From positions 2,444,868 to 2,508,867 of the forward strand of contig OZ244029.1 in NCBI GenBank assembly GCA_965214945.1: a DNA stretch of 64,000 nt, written 5' to 3'. The notes under the pieces are model-generated. The model did no database searches. It saw nothing but the letters and a program-made list of their open reading frames with translations, and was not told where the DNA came from. The DNA is from Acidimicrobiales bacterium. GTDB taxonomy: Bacteria; Actinomycetota; Acidimicrobiia; Acidimicrobiales; Aldehydirespiratoraceae. The position numbers and the translations under genes were made by a program. Shown piece by piece: positions 24,975-37,491 of the stretch; positions within the stretch are counted from its first letter, which is position 1; the number at the start of each line of letters is the position of its first letter.

Positions 24975-25012
24975 TTGACAGGGCAGGTTCGTTAAGTACA
25001 ATTACAAATTGT
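24975..25012 (+). promoter_or_regulatory. Sigma-70/SigA-like promoter (TTGACA-N16-TACAAT) giving a leaderless ROK-regulator mRNA, overlapped by the palindrome ACAATT-ACA-AATTGT
   Basis: The -35 is at 24975-24980 and the -10 at 24997-25002. The GTG start at 25011 is only 8 nt after the -10. The dyad at 24998-25012 spans the -10 and the start codon. Confidence 0.5.
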
Positions 25013-26237
25013 GGGCACCACTCGTAGTCGCTTCAGCGGATCATCGCCAAGCATCCTGCGCCTGAGAAGCGGGCAGAAGATCGTGGACGCCATGCTCGCG
25101 AGTCAGCCTCAGCCGATCTCTCGAGCCGAGATCGCCCGAGCATCTGAGCTGTCCAAGCCGACGGTGTCCTCGCTGATCGCAGACATGGAGGCCGCAGGAC
25201 TGGTAAGCGCAACCGAGACGGGTTCGCCTCCGAAGCGCTCGGGACGCCCAGCCACGCTCTACGAACTCGTCGGCGACTACCGCCTGCTGGTGGCCGCCGA
25301 CATCGGCGCCACCAAGATTCTCGTGGCTGTCGCGGACCTGACGGGCAGCATCCTGGTCGAGCGCGAAATCCAGACAGGTCCAGATGCCCAGACCGCACTC
25401 GAGCGGTTCATGGATACCGCTACCGACATGCTCGCCCTCTTTGGCAGCGGCTGCCACAGCATCTGCGTGGGAGTACCGGGCATCTACCGGCCCGGCACAG
25501 ACCAGGTGCAAGAAGCCCTCAACCTGCCGGGATTCGACAACCTGAAACCTCGGTCCCTGCTCGCCGAACGCTTCGGAACAAATGGCGAACGCCTCCAGAT
25601 GAACATCCACATCGACAACGACGTAAACCTGGCCGCTCTGGGCGAGCTGAGCCGAAGCGAGCCCGGCGACAGCGACTTCGTCGCAATCTCGGTAGGCACA
25701 GGCATCGGCATGGGCATCGTCGCCGGCGGTGAGCTTTATCGGGGCGGCACAGGATCAGCCGGAGAGATCGGCTCGCTGCTGATGTGGCATCCCGTTTCTG
25801 CGACGGCACCGCTGACTCTCGAAGACGTCGCCTCGGGCCCCGCCTTCTGCAAGCTCTTCGGGCAAGCCATCGAGGGCGGTTGCCGCAGTGAGCTGCCTCC
25901 GTGCTCAGACGTGCCAGAGATCCTCGACGCCGCCAAGCGAGGCGACGAGGCCGCAAGCCGGACCTTGCATCATGTCGCCAGGGCCATGGCCCTGGCCGTG
26001 TCGCACGTGTGCCACATCACCGACCCGACACGGGTGGTGTTCAGCGGCGGCGCCGGTGCAAACCCGGTGTTCGTCGACGCGGTCCGGCTCCACGTCGAGA
26101 GGCTGATCAGCAGACCTCCAAGAGTGACAGTGTCCAAGCTCGGCCACCGAGCCGCACTGATCGGGGCGGTGTCGGTGGCGCTTCGCTCCGTTCGAAACAA
26201 CCTGGTGGCGCAGACCCTCGGGGGCATCCGGCCATGA
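25011..26237 (+). CDS. ROK family transcriptional regulator (NagC/XylR-like)
   Basis: 408 aa. The N-terminal wHTH is SRAEIARASELSKPTVSSLIADMEAAGLV, followed by a ROK sugar-kinase-like domain (GIGMGIVAGGELYRGGTGSAGEIG). Confidence 0.85.
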   Translation: MGTTRSRFSGSSPSILRLRSGQKIVDAMLASQPQPISRAEIARASELSKPTVSSLIADMEAAGLVSATETGSPPKRSGRPATLYELVGDYRLLVAADIGATKILVAVADLTGSILVEREIQTGPDAQTALERFMDTATDMLALFGSGCHSICVGVPGIYRPGTDQVQEALNLPGFDNLKPRSLLAERFGTNGERLQMNIHIDNDVNLAALGELSRSEPGDSDFVAISVGTGIGMGIVAGGELYRGGTGSAGEIGSLLMWHPVSATAPLTLEDVASGPAFCKLFGQAIEGGCRSELPPCSDVPEILDAAKRGDEAASRTLHHVARAMALAVSHVCHITDPTRVVFSGGAGANPVFVDAVRLHVERLISRPPRVTVSKLGHRAALIGAVSVALRSVRNNLVAQTLGGIRP

Positions 26238-27538
26238 ACCCGCCGCCCTATGGCTCCGCGACCCCCGGCGCCGCGACCTCCGGCGCCGTGAATTCGACAC
26301 TGGCAGAAGCCGCCGCAGCGGCAGTTGACGGCGACGCTGTGGTGGAGTTGCTCACCGAGGCAATTGCCATACCCAGCATCACCCCCGAAGAGGAGCCCTT
26401 CGCCTGCTGGGTTCACGAGCGAATGACAGAGTCGGCCGCCTTCGATCACTGCGAGCTGCTGGAGTGTGCGCCAGGACGCCCCAACGTTCATGGCTCAACA
26501 GGTGGTAACAACGGGCGCTCCCTTCTGCTTGCCGGTCATCTTGACACGGTCGGCGTGGACGACTGGACCCAGCATTGGGCTGACACCGACAAGGACGACC
26601 CTTTCGGTGCGCACATCGTCGACGGCGAGATCTGGGGTCGGGGGGCGGCCGACCAGAAGGCCGGAATCTGCTGCATCATCGAGGCGCTGCGGTCGTTCTC
26701 CCGCGCAGGGATCCGTCTGAACGGTAAGGCGACGACGCTGTTCGTCTGCGACGAAGAGTCAGGGCAACCCGGCAGTGGAGTCTCTGCGGGGATGCGGGCA
26801 GCAGTGAGCGCAGAAGGCCTGGTGCCCAAAGCGGACTTCGCTATCTACACCGAACCCACCACCTCGGCGATCTACACCGCGCAGATGGGCTTTCTGATCG
26901 CCGACATCGCCCTGGAGGGCGTCTCGGCGTACTTCGGCAGACCCGAACTCGGAATCGACGCACTCAAGGCCGGCCATGATCTGCTCGCCAGGCTGTGGAA
27001 GCACTCCGATGCCCTGCGCTCGGAGGTTCCCGCTCATGACCTGCTGGACGAAGCGTTCCTGCTGGTGACATCCGTGAACTCGGGGGGCAACATTGCCGTG
27101 CCCGGACGTTTCGAGCTTTCGCTGATACGCAAGATTCTGCCCGCCGAGAGCCTGGACAGCGCTGCAGAGCAGATCCAAAGCATCGCTTCGGCGGCGGCGC
27201 AGGACCATTCCGTGCGTTGTTCGGTGAACTTCAGCGCACCTCGTGACCATCCACTAGGGGGAACCCCCGACGAGGTCGCCGCGGGCCATCCCGGTGTCGC
27301 TGCGCTCTCGTCGGCCATTCTCGACACGACCGGGCAAGCGGCCCGAATCGAGGGCGCCCCCTACTGGTCGGAGAAGCCGTTCCTGCGAGACCTGGGGATC
27401 CCCGGGGTGTACTTCGCACCCGGGGACATATCGAACTGCCACACACCTTTCGAACGCGTCGCCGTCGACGAGTTGATCACAGCTACCCGCACGCTCGCCT
27501 ACTTCATCGGCGACTGGTGCGGAGCAACCGATCCCTGA
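26234..27538 (+). CDS. M20 family metallohydrolase (ArgE/DapE/deacylase-like)
   Basis: I place the start at the ATG at 26234 (ATGA overlap with the ROK stop). The first 111 codons of the track ORF (start 25901) overlap ROK out of frame. Motifs: AIPSITPEEEPF, LLLAGHLDTVGVDDW and GRGAADQKAGI. Confidence 0.8.
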   Translation: MNPPPYGSATPGAATSGAVNSTLAEAAAAAVDGDAVVELLTEAIAIPSITPEEEPFACWVHERMTESAAFDHCELLECAPGRPNVHGSTGGNNGRSLLLAGHLDTVGVDDWTQHWADTDKDDPFGAHIVDGEIWGRGAADQKAGICCIIEALRSFSRAGIRLNGKATTLFVCDEESGQPGSGVSAGMRAAVSAEGLVPKADFAIYTEPTTSAIYTAQMGFLIADIALEGVSAYFGRPELGIDALKAGHDLLARLWKHSDALRSEVPAHDLLDEAFLLVTSVNSGGNIAVPGRFELSLIRKILPAESLDSAAEQIQSIASAAAQDHSVRCSVNFSAPRDHPLGGTPDEVAAGHPGVAALSSAILDTTGQAARIEGAPYWSEKPFLRDLGIPGVYFAPGDISNCHTPFERVAVDELITATRTLAYFIGDWCGATDP

Positions 27539-27562
27539 ACCCGACCCACTGGAGGGGTCCCA

Positions 27563-28768
27563 ATGAGAACAACAACCAATGCGCATCTTCGGGCCAGACG
27601 CCATCTCTGGATGCTCTGGACAGCGATGCTTGTGGCCTTCGCTTTGCTTGCCGCAGCTTGCGGCGACGACGACACATCCTCGCCCAGCGATACCGTCCCG
27701 CCCAGCGATACCGTCGAAGAACCCGAACCCGACGCCGATGCGGCCGAGCAGGCGCCTGCACCACAAAGGCCCGTGACCCAGGGTCCTGCGGGTGAACAGG
27801 CTGTGCCGTCCAGCGAGATCACGCTCACCGATGACGAGATCGCCACCGTTCGGGGCGGGAACCACACGGCCGCGTTGCTCTGGCACACAGCGGCGGCCTT
27901 CACCGACGCTGTGAGCCAGGGCGCTCGCGACGCCTTTGAGGAGTTGGGCATAGAGGTGATCGCCGAGACCAATGCCTCATTCGACGCCGCTCAGCAGGCC
28001 AACGATGTGGAAACCGTGCTGGCACAGGATCCCGACATCATTATCAGCCTGGCCATCGGCCCGGACTCTGGCGCCGAGGCCTTCAGGCCCGCTGTGGAAG
28101 CGGGCGTGCACCTCGTGTTCCTCTCCAACGTGCCTCAAGGCTACGTGCAGGGTGAGGACTATGTCGGAATCGTCACCGACGATCTGGCAGCAATGGGCAT
28201 CACCGCGGCTGATCTGCTCGCTGATGCGCTCGGAGGTGAGGGGCAGGTGGGCTACATCTTTCACGATGCCGCCTACTATGTGACCAACCAGCGCGACCAG
28301 GCCTTCAAGGCTTGGATCGAAGGCAACTACCCAGGAATCGAGATCGTGGCCGAGCAGGGTCTGGCCGATCCAGCTGCAGCCGAAGAGATCGCCTCAGCCC
28401 TGCTGACTCGACACCCGGACCTCGACGGTATCTACGCTCCCTGGTCGGCGGGACCCGCCGACGGCGTTCTCGCCGCTTTGAGAGCCGCAGGCGCTGACGA
28501 TGTCGCTGTTGTCACCATGGACCTCGACACCAATGTCTCGCTGGATCTGGTAGAGGGGGGCAATATCGCCGGCATCGCTGCCGACGAGGCCTACAACCTG
28601 GGGCGGACCATGGCCTTGGAGGGTGCCTACGGAGTGTTGGGGAAAGCAGCCCCGGCGTTCGTTGTGGTGCCTGCCATCGCTGTGACCGCCGACAATATCG
28701 TGGATGCGTATCGCCAATCGCTGGCAACGGAGCCACCGCAGGAGGTTCTAGACGCTATCGGAGGCTGA
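27563..28768 (+). CDS. Sugar ABC transporter substrate-binding lipoprotein (periplasmic binding protein type I, ribose-like)
   Basis: 401 aa. RBS GGAGGGG, signal peptide with lipobox LLAAAC, an acidic linker, then a PBP-I fold pattern. Confidence 0.75.
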   Translation: MRTTTNAHLRARRHLWMLWTAMLVAFALLAAACGDDDTSSPSDTVPPSDTVEEPEPDADAAEQAPAPQRPVTQGPAGEQAVPSSEITLTDDEIATVRGGNHTAALLWHTAAAFTDAVSQGARDAFEELGIEVIAETNASFDAAQQANDVETVLAQDPDIIISLAIGPDSGAEAFRPAVEAGVHLVFLSNVPQGYVQGEDYVGIVTDDLAAMGITAADLLADALGGEGQVGYIFHDAAYYVTNQRDQAFKAWIEGNYPGIEIVAEQGLADPAAAEEIASALLTRHPDLDGIYAPWSAGPADGVLAALRAAGADDVAVVTMDLDTNVSLDLVEGGNIAGIAADEAYNLGRTMALEGAYGVLGKAAPAFVVVPAIAVTADNIVDAYRQSLATEPPQEVLDAIGG

Positions 28769-28775
28769 GCAGGCC

Positions 28776-29762
28776 TTGCCCTCGATCCCACCATGGCTCG
28801 ACACTCGCCAGTGGCTTGCCGAGCGGCGCATAGACACGGATCTGCGCCACTATGTCGTGTATGTCGCGGTGCTGTGCATCTTCTTGCTCTTTGCGGTGAC
28901 ATTACGAGACGACGGGTTCCTCACCACCTCCAACTTGCTCAACATCGGCCGTCAGGCCACGCCCATCGCCGTGATGGCGGTGGGCGTGGCGTTCGCCCTC
29001 GGAGCCGGGGAGATAGATCTGTCGGTTGGCTCGGTCACGGCTCTGTCGTCGTTGGCTGCAGCAGAGGCGGTAGGGAGCTTCGGCTTTGTCGGAGGTGTAC
29101 TGGGGGCCCTGCTAGTGGGGGCGTTGATCGGCTGGATCAACGGGATGATCACCGTGAAAGTGAGGATCCCGTCATTTCTGGTCACGTTGGGGATGCTGGG
29201 GATCGCCAGCGGAATCGCCCGCAACATGAACAACCTGCAGTCGCTGCCGATCCGCAACGACACATTCCTGGCTGTCTTCGGTGCAGGTGCGCTCGGGCCT
29301 GTCTCCTCGCTGCTGATCTGGACGATCGTGGTAGGAGCGCTCGGCCACTACACCCTGCATCAGCTCAGGTGGGGACGCCATGTGCTAGCGGTCGGCGCCG
29401 ACCGTGCGGTGGCTGCGACGCTGGGCATCAACACCGATCGCATTCGTGTCACCGCGCTGATGGCAAGTTCCACGGCTGCCGCTTTCGCGGGTGTGCTGCT
29501 CGCAGGCCGGTTAGCGGTCGGGCGTCACGACCTCGGCGAAAACCTCCTGTTGACGGTAATCGCAGCGGTGGTTATCGGAGGCACCAATCTCTTCGGCGGC
29601 CGCGCCTCGGTTGTCGGAGCCATTGCCGGATCGATAGTCATGGCCATGCTCAACAATGGTCTGATCCTGATGGGGTTGAGAGTGGCAGATCAGTTGATCG
29701 CCCGTGGTGTGATCATTATCGCAGCCGTGGCCCTCAGCATGCGCGAGCACCGGGAGGCCTGA
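28776..29762 (+). CDS. Sugar ABC transporter permease (RbsC/AraH family)
   Basis: 328 aa polytopic protein with the GEIDLSVGSV motif typical of the CUT2 permease branch. TTG start. Confidence 0.8.
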   Translation: MPSIPPWLDTRQWLAERRIDTDLRHYVVYVAVLCIFLLFAVTLRDDGFLTTSNLLNIGRQATPIAVMAVGVAFALGAGEIDLSVGSVTALSSLAAAEAVGSFGFVGGVLGALLVGALIGWINGMITVKVRIPSFLVTLGMLGIASGIARNMNNLQSLPIRNDTFLAVFGAGALGPVSSLLIWTIVVGALGHYTLHQLRWGRHVLAVGADRAVAATLGINTDRIRVTALMASSTAAAFAGVLLAGRLAVGRHDLGENLLLTVIAAVVIGGTNLFGGRASVVGAIAGSIVMAMLNNGLILMGLRVADQLIARGVIIIAAVALSMREHREA

Positions 29763-29763
29763 C

Positions 29764-30987
29764 ATGTTTTTGAACGCCCTGGTAGAACGCAACCCCGAGT
29801 TCGTTCAGGCAGCAGTGCAAGCCCACCAAGCCGGGTTGGTGCCCCCAAACTGTTACGTCCTAGACCTCGACACGATCGAAGCTAACACAGCCACTCTTTG
29901 CCAACGAGCCCATGCTCTGGGACTCACCGTTTTGCCCATGACCAAGCAGGTAGGGCGACAGCCACACGCCTTGGATGCGATCGCACGGGGAGGCGCTGAG
30001 GGGTTTGTGGCTGTGGACATGGATTGCGCACGTGCGATCCACCGCGGCGGGCACTGCCTGGGCCACCTCGGTCATCTTGTGCAAGTTGCCAGGGCTCAGG
30101 TTCGCGAGGCAAGCGACATGGAGCCGCTGTATTGGACCGTGTTCTCAACCAACAAGGCATCCGAGGCTGCGGCCGCGGCCGCAGCCGCCGGTCGCACCCA
30201 GCGGTTGATGTTGCGGATCTTCGACGACGGAGACGTGTTCTATCCCGGCCACGAAGGAGGCATCACACTTCCCGAGCTGCCGGCAGCACTCGACTACATC
30301 GATTCGCTCACGGGCGCGGAACTCGCCGGACTAACAACCTTTCCGGCCTTGCTGTTCGACCCCGCCACGGAAACAGCCAGAATCACGCGCAACGTCGAGA
30401 CTCTGGCCCGTGCCGCGGATCTGTGCCGCTCACATCGGACGGCTCCACAGCGACTGGAGCTGAACCTGCCCGGCACCACCTCGACCTCGGTGCTGGAGAT
30501 GCTCGCAGATGCGGGCGCCACTCAGGTGGAGCCGGGCCACGGACTCACCGGCACCACACCGCCGCACGCCGTTCAGGAACTACCCGAACGACCGGCTGTG
30601 TTGTATCTGAGCGAGGTGGCCCACATCCATCAGGGGGCACCCTACTGCTTCGGTGGCGGGCTGTATGTGGATCCGGTCTTTGGTCCTTACGAGGTCCGGG
30701 CTCTTGTGGCTCACGATCCCGACGAGGCTCTGTCGCTTGATTCGAGCGCTCCGGTGGCCATGCCCAACCCAGCCGCCATCGACTACTACGCGAGGGTGAA
30801 CACCGACCCACAACGTTCGGTGTCGGAGGGAGCCACAGTCATATTCGGCTTTCGGATCCAAGCCTTTGTCACCAGAGCTGTAGTCGTCGGATTGAAGGGT
30901 GTGGCTACAGAGCAAGCTGAGATTGCCGGGATTTGCTACAGCTCGGGAATCCCAATCGAAAGGCATTTCCGAGATGAGCAGCTATGA
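29764..30987 (+). CDS. Alanine-racemase-fold PLP enzyme (YhfX-like putative amino-acid/amino-sugar racemase)
   Basis: 407 aa. The N-terminal pattern (FLNALVERNPEF...YVLDLDTIEANT...LPMTKQ with a candidate PLP lysine) is reminiscent of E. coli YhfX-type proteins. It sits between the permease and ATPase genes with 1-nt and 4-nt junctions. Confidence 0.45.
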   Translation: MFLNALVERNPEFVQAAVQAHQAGLVPPNCYVLDLDTIEANTATLCQRAHALGLTVLPMTKQVGRQPHALDAIARGGAEGFVAVDMDCARAIHRGGHCLGHLGHLVQVARAQVREASDMEPLYWTVFSTNKASEAAAAAAAAGRTQRLMLRIFDDGDVFYPGHEGGITLPELPAALDYIDSLTGAELAGLTTFPALLFDPATETARITRNVETLARAADLCRSHRTAPQRLELNLPGTTSTSVLEMLADAGATQVEPGHGLTGTTPPHAVQELPERPAVLYLSEVAHIHQGAPYCFGGGLYVDPVFGPYEVRALVAHDPDEALSLDSSAPVAMPNPAAIDYYARVNTDPQRSVSEGATVIFGFRIQAFVTRAVVVGLKGVATEQAEIAGICYSSGIPIERHFRDEQL

Positions 30988-31856
30988 CAAGCGCAAGCAA
31001 GACAGCGCGAATCTCCGGAAACAATACAGCAGACAGGGGTGGGATTGCCCTCGAGGTGTTGGGGATCCGCAAGGCGTTTCAGGCAATTCAGGCACTCGAC
31101 GACGTAACGCTGGACCTCCGCTACGGCACGGTTACAGCCCTGCTAGGCGACAACGGCGCCGGCAAGTCGACTTTGGTCAAGTGCGTCTCGGGTGTCTACC
31201 GGCCCGACGCGGGTGTTGTGAGAGTCAACGGTGTGCAAGAGGAGATCTCGTCGCCCGAGGCAGCCAGAAGGCTGGGCATAGAGACGGTCCATCAGACCCT
31301 CGCTGTGATCGAGCCTCTGGACGTTGCCGAGAACCTGTTCATGAACCGAGAGTTCACGAAAGGGGGCCGCATCGGAGCACTGATCGGAGTGCTCGACAAG
31401 CGGCGCATGCGAGCCGAGTCGGGGGCGATCCTCGGCCGTCTCGACATCCGCATCCCCTCCCTGAGACGACCGATGACGGCACTCTCTGGCGGTCAACGCC
31501 AGGCTGTGGCGATCGGGCGCGCCGTCGCTTGGGGTCAGCAGATCGTGCTGCTGGACGAGCCCGCCGCGGCCCTGGGGGTGGAGCAGACAGCCCGGGTTCT
31601 CGACTTGATCCGCAACCTGCGCAGAGACAACGTGGCTGTGCTGTTGATCACCCACAACATGGATCGTGTCATCGAAGTATGCGACCGTGCAGTGATCCTG
31701 CGGCAAGGCCGTAAGGTGGCGGAACTCGATGTGGCTTCGGTGACCAAAGACGACCTTGTCGGCTATATCACTGGCGCCAAGGGCAGCGACGGCCACAACA
31801 GGCCTGCGGGCCGCTCCAGCGAACTTGCCGGCGGGGACGCCCAACGAGAGTCGTGA
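30984..31856 (+). CDS. ABC transporter ATP-binding protein (single NBD)
   Basis: 290 aa. Walker A is GDNGAGKST, the signature motif is LSGGQRQ, and Walker B is IVLLDEP. Confidence 0.85.
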   Translation: MTSASKTARISGNNTADRGGIALEVLGIRKAFQAIQALDDVTLDLRYGTVTALLGDNGAGKSTLVKCVSGVYRPDAGVVRVNGVQEEISSPEAARRLGIETVHQTLAVIEPLDVAENLFMNREFTKGGRIGALIGVLDKRRMRAESGAILGRLDIRIPSLRRPMTALSGGQRQAVAIGRAVAWGQQIVLLDEPAAALGVEQTARVLDLIRNLRRDNVAVLLITHNMDRVIEVCDRAVILRQGRKVAELDVASVTKDDLVGYITGAKGSDGHNRPAGRSSELAGGDAQRES

Positions 31857-31862
31857 CGCCCG

Positions 31863-32645
31863 ATGAGAGTTGTGGTGGCGGCCTCTCGGCAAGCGGCGAC
31901 GTCAGAAGCAGCCGGGCTGGTGGAGCGCTTCGTCCGAGATGGCGATGCCTGTACTCAAACTCTAGGGCTGGGGCTCGCCGTCGGAGAGACCATGCGACCT
32001 CTGTTCGCCGAGTTGGTACGACGCCATAGGCACTGCGGTCTCAGCTTCGCCTCGGTCGACGCCTACCTGCTCGACGAATACGTGGGCCTGCGGCCCGGGG
32101 ACCCGCAGCTGTTCAGCGAAATCACCAAGAAGCAGTTCGTCGAGCATTCAGACATTGGCGTCTCGAGCTTCCATTGTCCGAATCCGAACGCAGCGGATCT
32201 TCATGCCGAACGCGCCCGCTATGAACGGGTGGTACGAGATGCACACGTTGGGCTTCAGCTACTGGGGATCGGCCTGAACGGGCACATCGGGTTCAACGAG
32301 CCAGGCTCGACAGCAGACAGCGTCACTCGTGTGGTCGAGCTCAGCGAGCAGACCAGGATCGCGAACGCCGCGAACTTTCCCGATCGGCAGGCTGTGCCGA
32401 CGCTGGCAATAACTCAGGGCATATCAACCATCATGTCCGCCAACCGCCTCGTGCTTATGGCCTTCGGCTCGAAGAAGGCGAACATCGTTGCTCGTGCTCT
32501 GCAAGAGCCTGCAACCCCAAAAGTCCCTGCGTCGGTGATCAGGTCACACCCCGATGTGACCGTATTGCTCGACCAACCGGCAGCATCATCGCTATCCACA
32601 ATTGTACCGACAAACATCCACACGAATAGAGAACCGCAATCTTGA
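31863..32645 (+). CDS. nagB: Glucosamine-6-phosphate deaminase / 6-phosphogluconolactonase family (NagB-like)
   Basis: 260 aa. LLGIGLNGHIGFNEPGS matches the NagB active-site region. Confidence 0.7.
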   Translation: MRVVVAASRQAATSEAAGLVERFVRDGDACTQTLGLGLAVGETMRPLFAELVRRHRHCGLSFASVDAYLLDEYVGLRPGDPQLFSEITKKQFVEHSDIGVSSFHCPNPNAADLHAERARYERVVRDAHVGLQLLGIGLNGHIGFNEPGSTADSVTRVVELSEQTRIANAANFPDRQAVPTLAITQGISTIMSANRLVLMAFGSKKANIVARALQEPATPKVPASVIRSHPDVTVLLDQPAASSLSTIVPTNIHTNREPQS

Positions 32646-32835
32646 AATATTCAAGAACCAATTCGGCTCAACTCGTGAAGAGGACATACATCCTTCAGTA
32701 TGTTCAGGACTATGCCGGATACGATACACCGTTTCCAGGACACGTCTGATTTAGATGGAGATTGAAATAAGTCACGGATCGGGCCGGCAAAGCCGCGACG
32801 GGGTCACACTCCAAGTGCTGCTACCAAGCATTGTT

Positions 32836-32869
32836 TAGTCCCCGGTTGGGGCTAGTCTCCCGGTTGGGC
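32836..32869. repeat. Tandem 16/17-bp duplication spanning the atpC stop codon
   Basis: The copies are TAGTCCCCGGTTGGGG (32836-32851) and TAGTCTCCCGGTTGGGC (32853-32869). The atpC stop (CTA on the plus strand) is at 32852-32854. Confidence 0.8.
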
Positions 32870-33265
32870 GGATCGGGCAACTCTCAGGCGAAGCTCGGCG
32901 CGGTCAACTGCCGCGGCGGCAGCAACGTTGTCTCGATCCGCCGCAAGGACCACATTTGCCCGTTCGAGAGCGGCAGCGGCGCGGGTCACGTCTATTTCGG
33001 CGGCGCTTTCGCTTACATCGCTGAGAATCGTTACCTCGTTGCCTGCGACCTCCACGAAGCCCCGGTGAACGGCGAAGACGTCGCGCTCGCCGCCGGCCCG
33101 CACCACCTCCACAGACCACACCGCCAGCACCCCTACAAAGGGCGCGTGACCCGCCAGGAAGGCAATGTCACCGCCCTCAACGGTGCGAGCGATCACCATC
33201 TCGGCCTCACCGGAATACGTCACCCGCTCCGGTGACACCATCTGCACCCCGAGAAGCTCAGCCAT
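32852..33265 (-). CDS. atpC: F1 ATP synthase epsilon subunit
   Basis: I place the start at the ATG at 33265 (MAELLGVQMVSPERVTYSGEAEMV...), 1 nt after the atpD stop. The track ORF extends spuriously to 33388, inside atpD. Confidence 0.85.
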   Translation of the reverse strand: MAELLGVQMVSPERVTYSGEAEMVIARTVEGGDIAFLAGHAPFVGVLAVWSVEVVRAGGERDVFAVHRGFVEVAGNEVTILSDVSESAAEIDVTRAAAALERANVVLAADRDNVAAAAAVDRAELRLRVARSAQPGD

Positions 33266-33266
33266 G

Positions 33267-34796
<1,530 letters not shown>

Positions 34797-35759
34797 TCAG
34801 GCCGCTGCTTCGGGCTGTCCGACCCGCTCCAGCAAGAGCTGGGCGGCATCGGCGGAGCGGTCGTGCTGGCCCAGCGCTTCGGCACCGCCGACGATCTCCA
34901 TGATCTCGGTGGTGATGGCGTCCTGGCGGGCGCGGTTCATTTCCCGTGAGAGGCTGGTGATCAGATCCTCGGCGTTGTCGGTGGCAGCCTTCATGGCCCG
35001 CTGCCGGCTGGCGTGCTCCGACGCCGCCGCATCGAGCAGCGCTCCGTACAGGCGGGCCTCGGTGTAACGCGGCAACAGCGCTTGAAGCACCCCTTCCGGC
35101 GACGGCTCGAACTCGAAGCCAGCGGCAGTCCGCGTGCCGCTCTCGCTGCCGAGTTCGGCCATCACGCTGGTCTCCTCCAGCGGCAGGAAGCGGCGCACCA
35201 CCACCCGCTGGGTGCCCATCGACACGAACTCGGTGTAGATCAGCTCCACCTGATCGACCGTCTCGGACACGAAGTCGTCTCTCACGACAGACGCCAGACG
35301 ACGGGCGTCTTCATAGGACGGGTTGTCGCTGAACCCCGAGAGGGCGTGGCGGATCCGGTAGTTGCGAAAGCGGAAGTAGTCGGCGGACTTGCGGCCCACA
35401 CAGCACAGCGAATAACGCTTGCCTTCGGCCTGGTGATGTCTGAGCTGCCGCTCCGCGGCGCGTATCACCGACGTGTTGTAGGCCCCGGCGAGACCCCGGT
35501 CGCCGGCCACTGCCACGAAACCGACGCTGCGCACCTGCTCGACCTGTCTCAGCAGCGGGTGCTCCACCGCGGCACCCCCCGCTGCCAGGTCTTCGATGAC
35601 GCTGGTGATCAGGCGGGCGTAGGGCCGGGCGGCGTTGGCGCGCTGCATGGCCTTCACCACCCGCGTGGCGGCGATCAGCTCCATGGCGCGGGTGATCTTC
35701 TTGGTGGACTGGATGCTGCCGATGCGACGGCGAAGCTCCCGCTCCTTGGCGCCCGGCAC
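34797..35759 (-). CDS. atpG: F1 ATP synthase gamma subunit
   Basis: 320 aa. The N-terminus is RELRRRIGSIQSTKKITRAMELIAATR. Confidence 0.93.
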   Translation of the reverse strand: MPGAKERELRRRIGSIQSTKKITRAMELIAATRVVKAMQRANAARPYARLITSVIEDLAAGGAAVEHPLLRQVEQVRSVGFVAVAGDRGLAGAYNTSVIRAAERQLRHHQAEGKRYSLCCVGRKSADYFRFRNYRIRHALSGFSDNPSYEDARRLASVVRDDFVSETVDQVELIYTEFVSMGTQRVVVRRFLPLEETSVMAELGSESGTRTAAGFEFEPSPEGVLQALLPRYTEARLYGALLDAAASEHASRQRAMKAATDNAEDLITSLSREMNRARQDAITTEIMEIVGGAEALGQHDRSADAAQLLLERVGQPEAAA

Positions 35760-35808
35760 GGCTCAGTCCTCGCGCGTTGGCGTCTCGATAGGCGTCACCG
35801 CTCGCGGC

Positions 35809-37446
<1,638 letters not shown>

Positions 37447-37491
37447 CTGTGTAGTGCCATCTGTTATGTGCCTTTCGATCTCAGCCCGGGC

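Noticed and set aside
25901-26233. N-terminal 111 codons of the 545-aa track ORF for the M20 hydrolase.
   Set aside because: They overlap the ROK gene in another frame and have shadow composition. The ATG at 26234 gives an ATGA coupling with the ROK stop.
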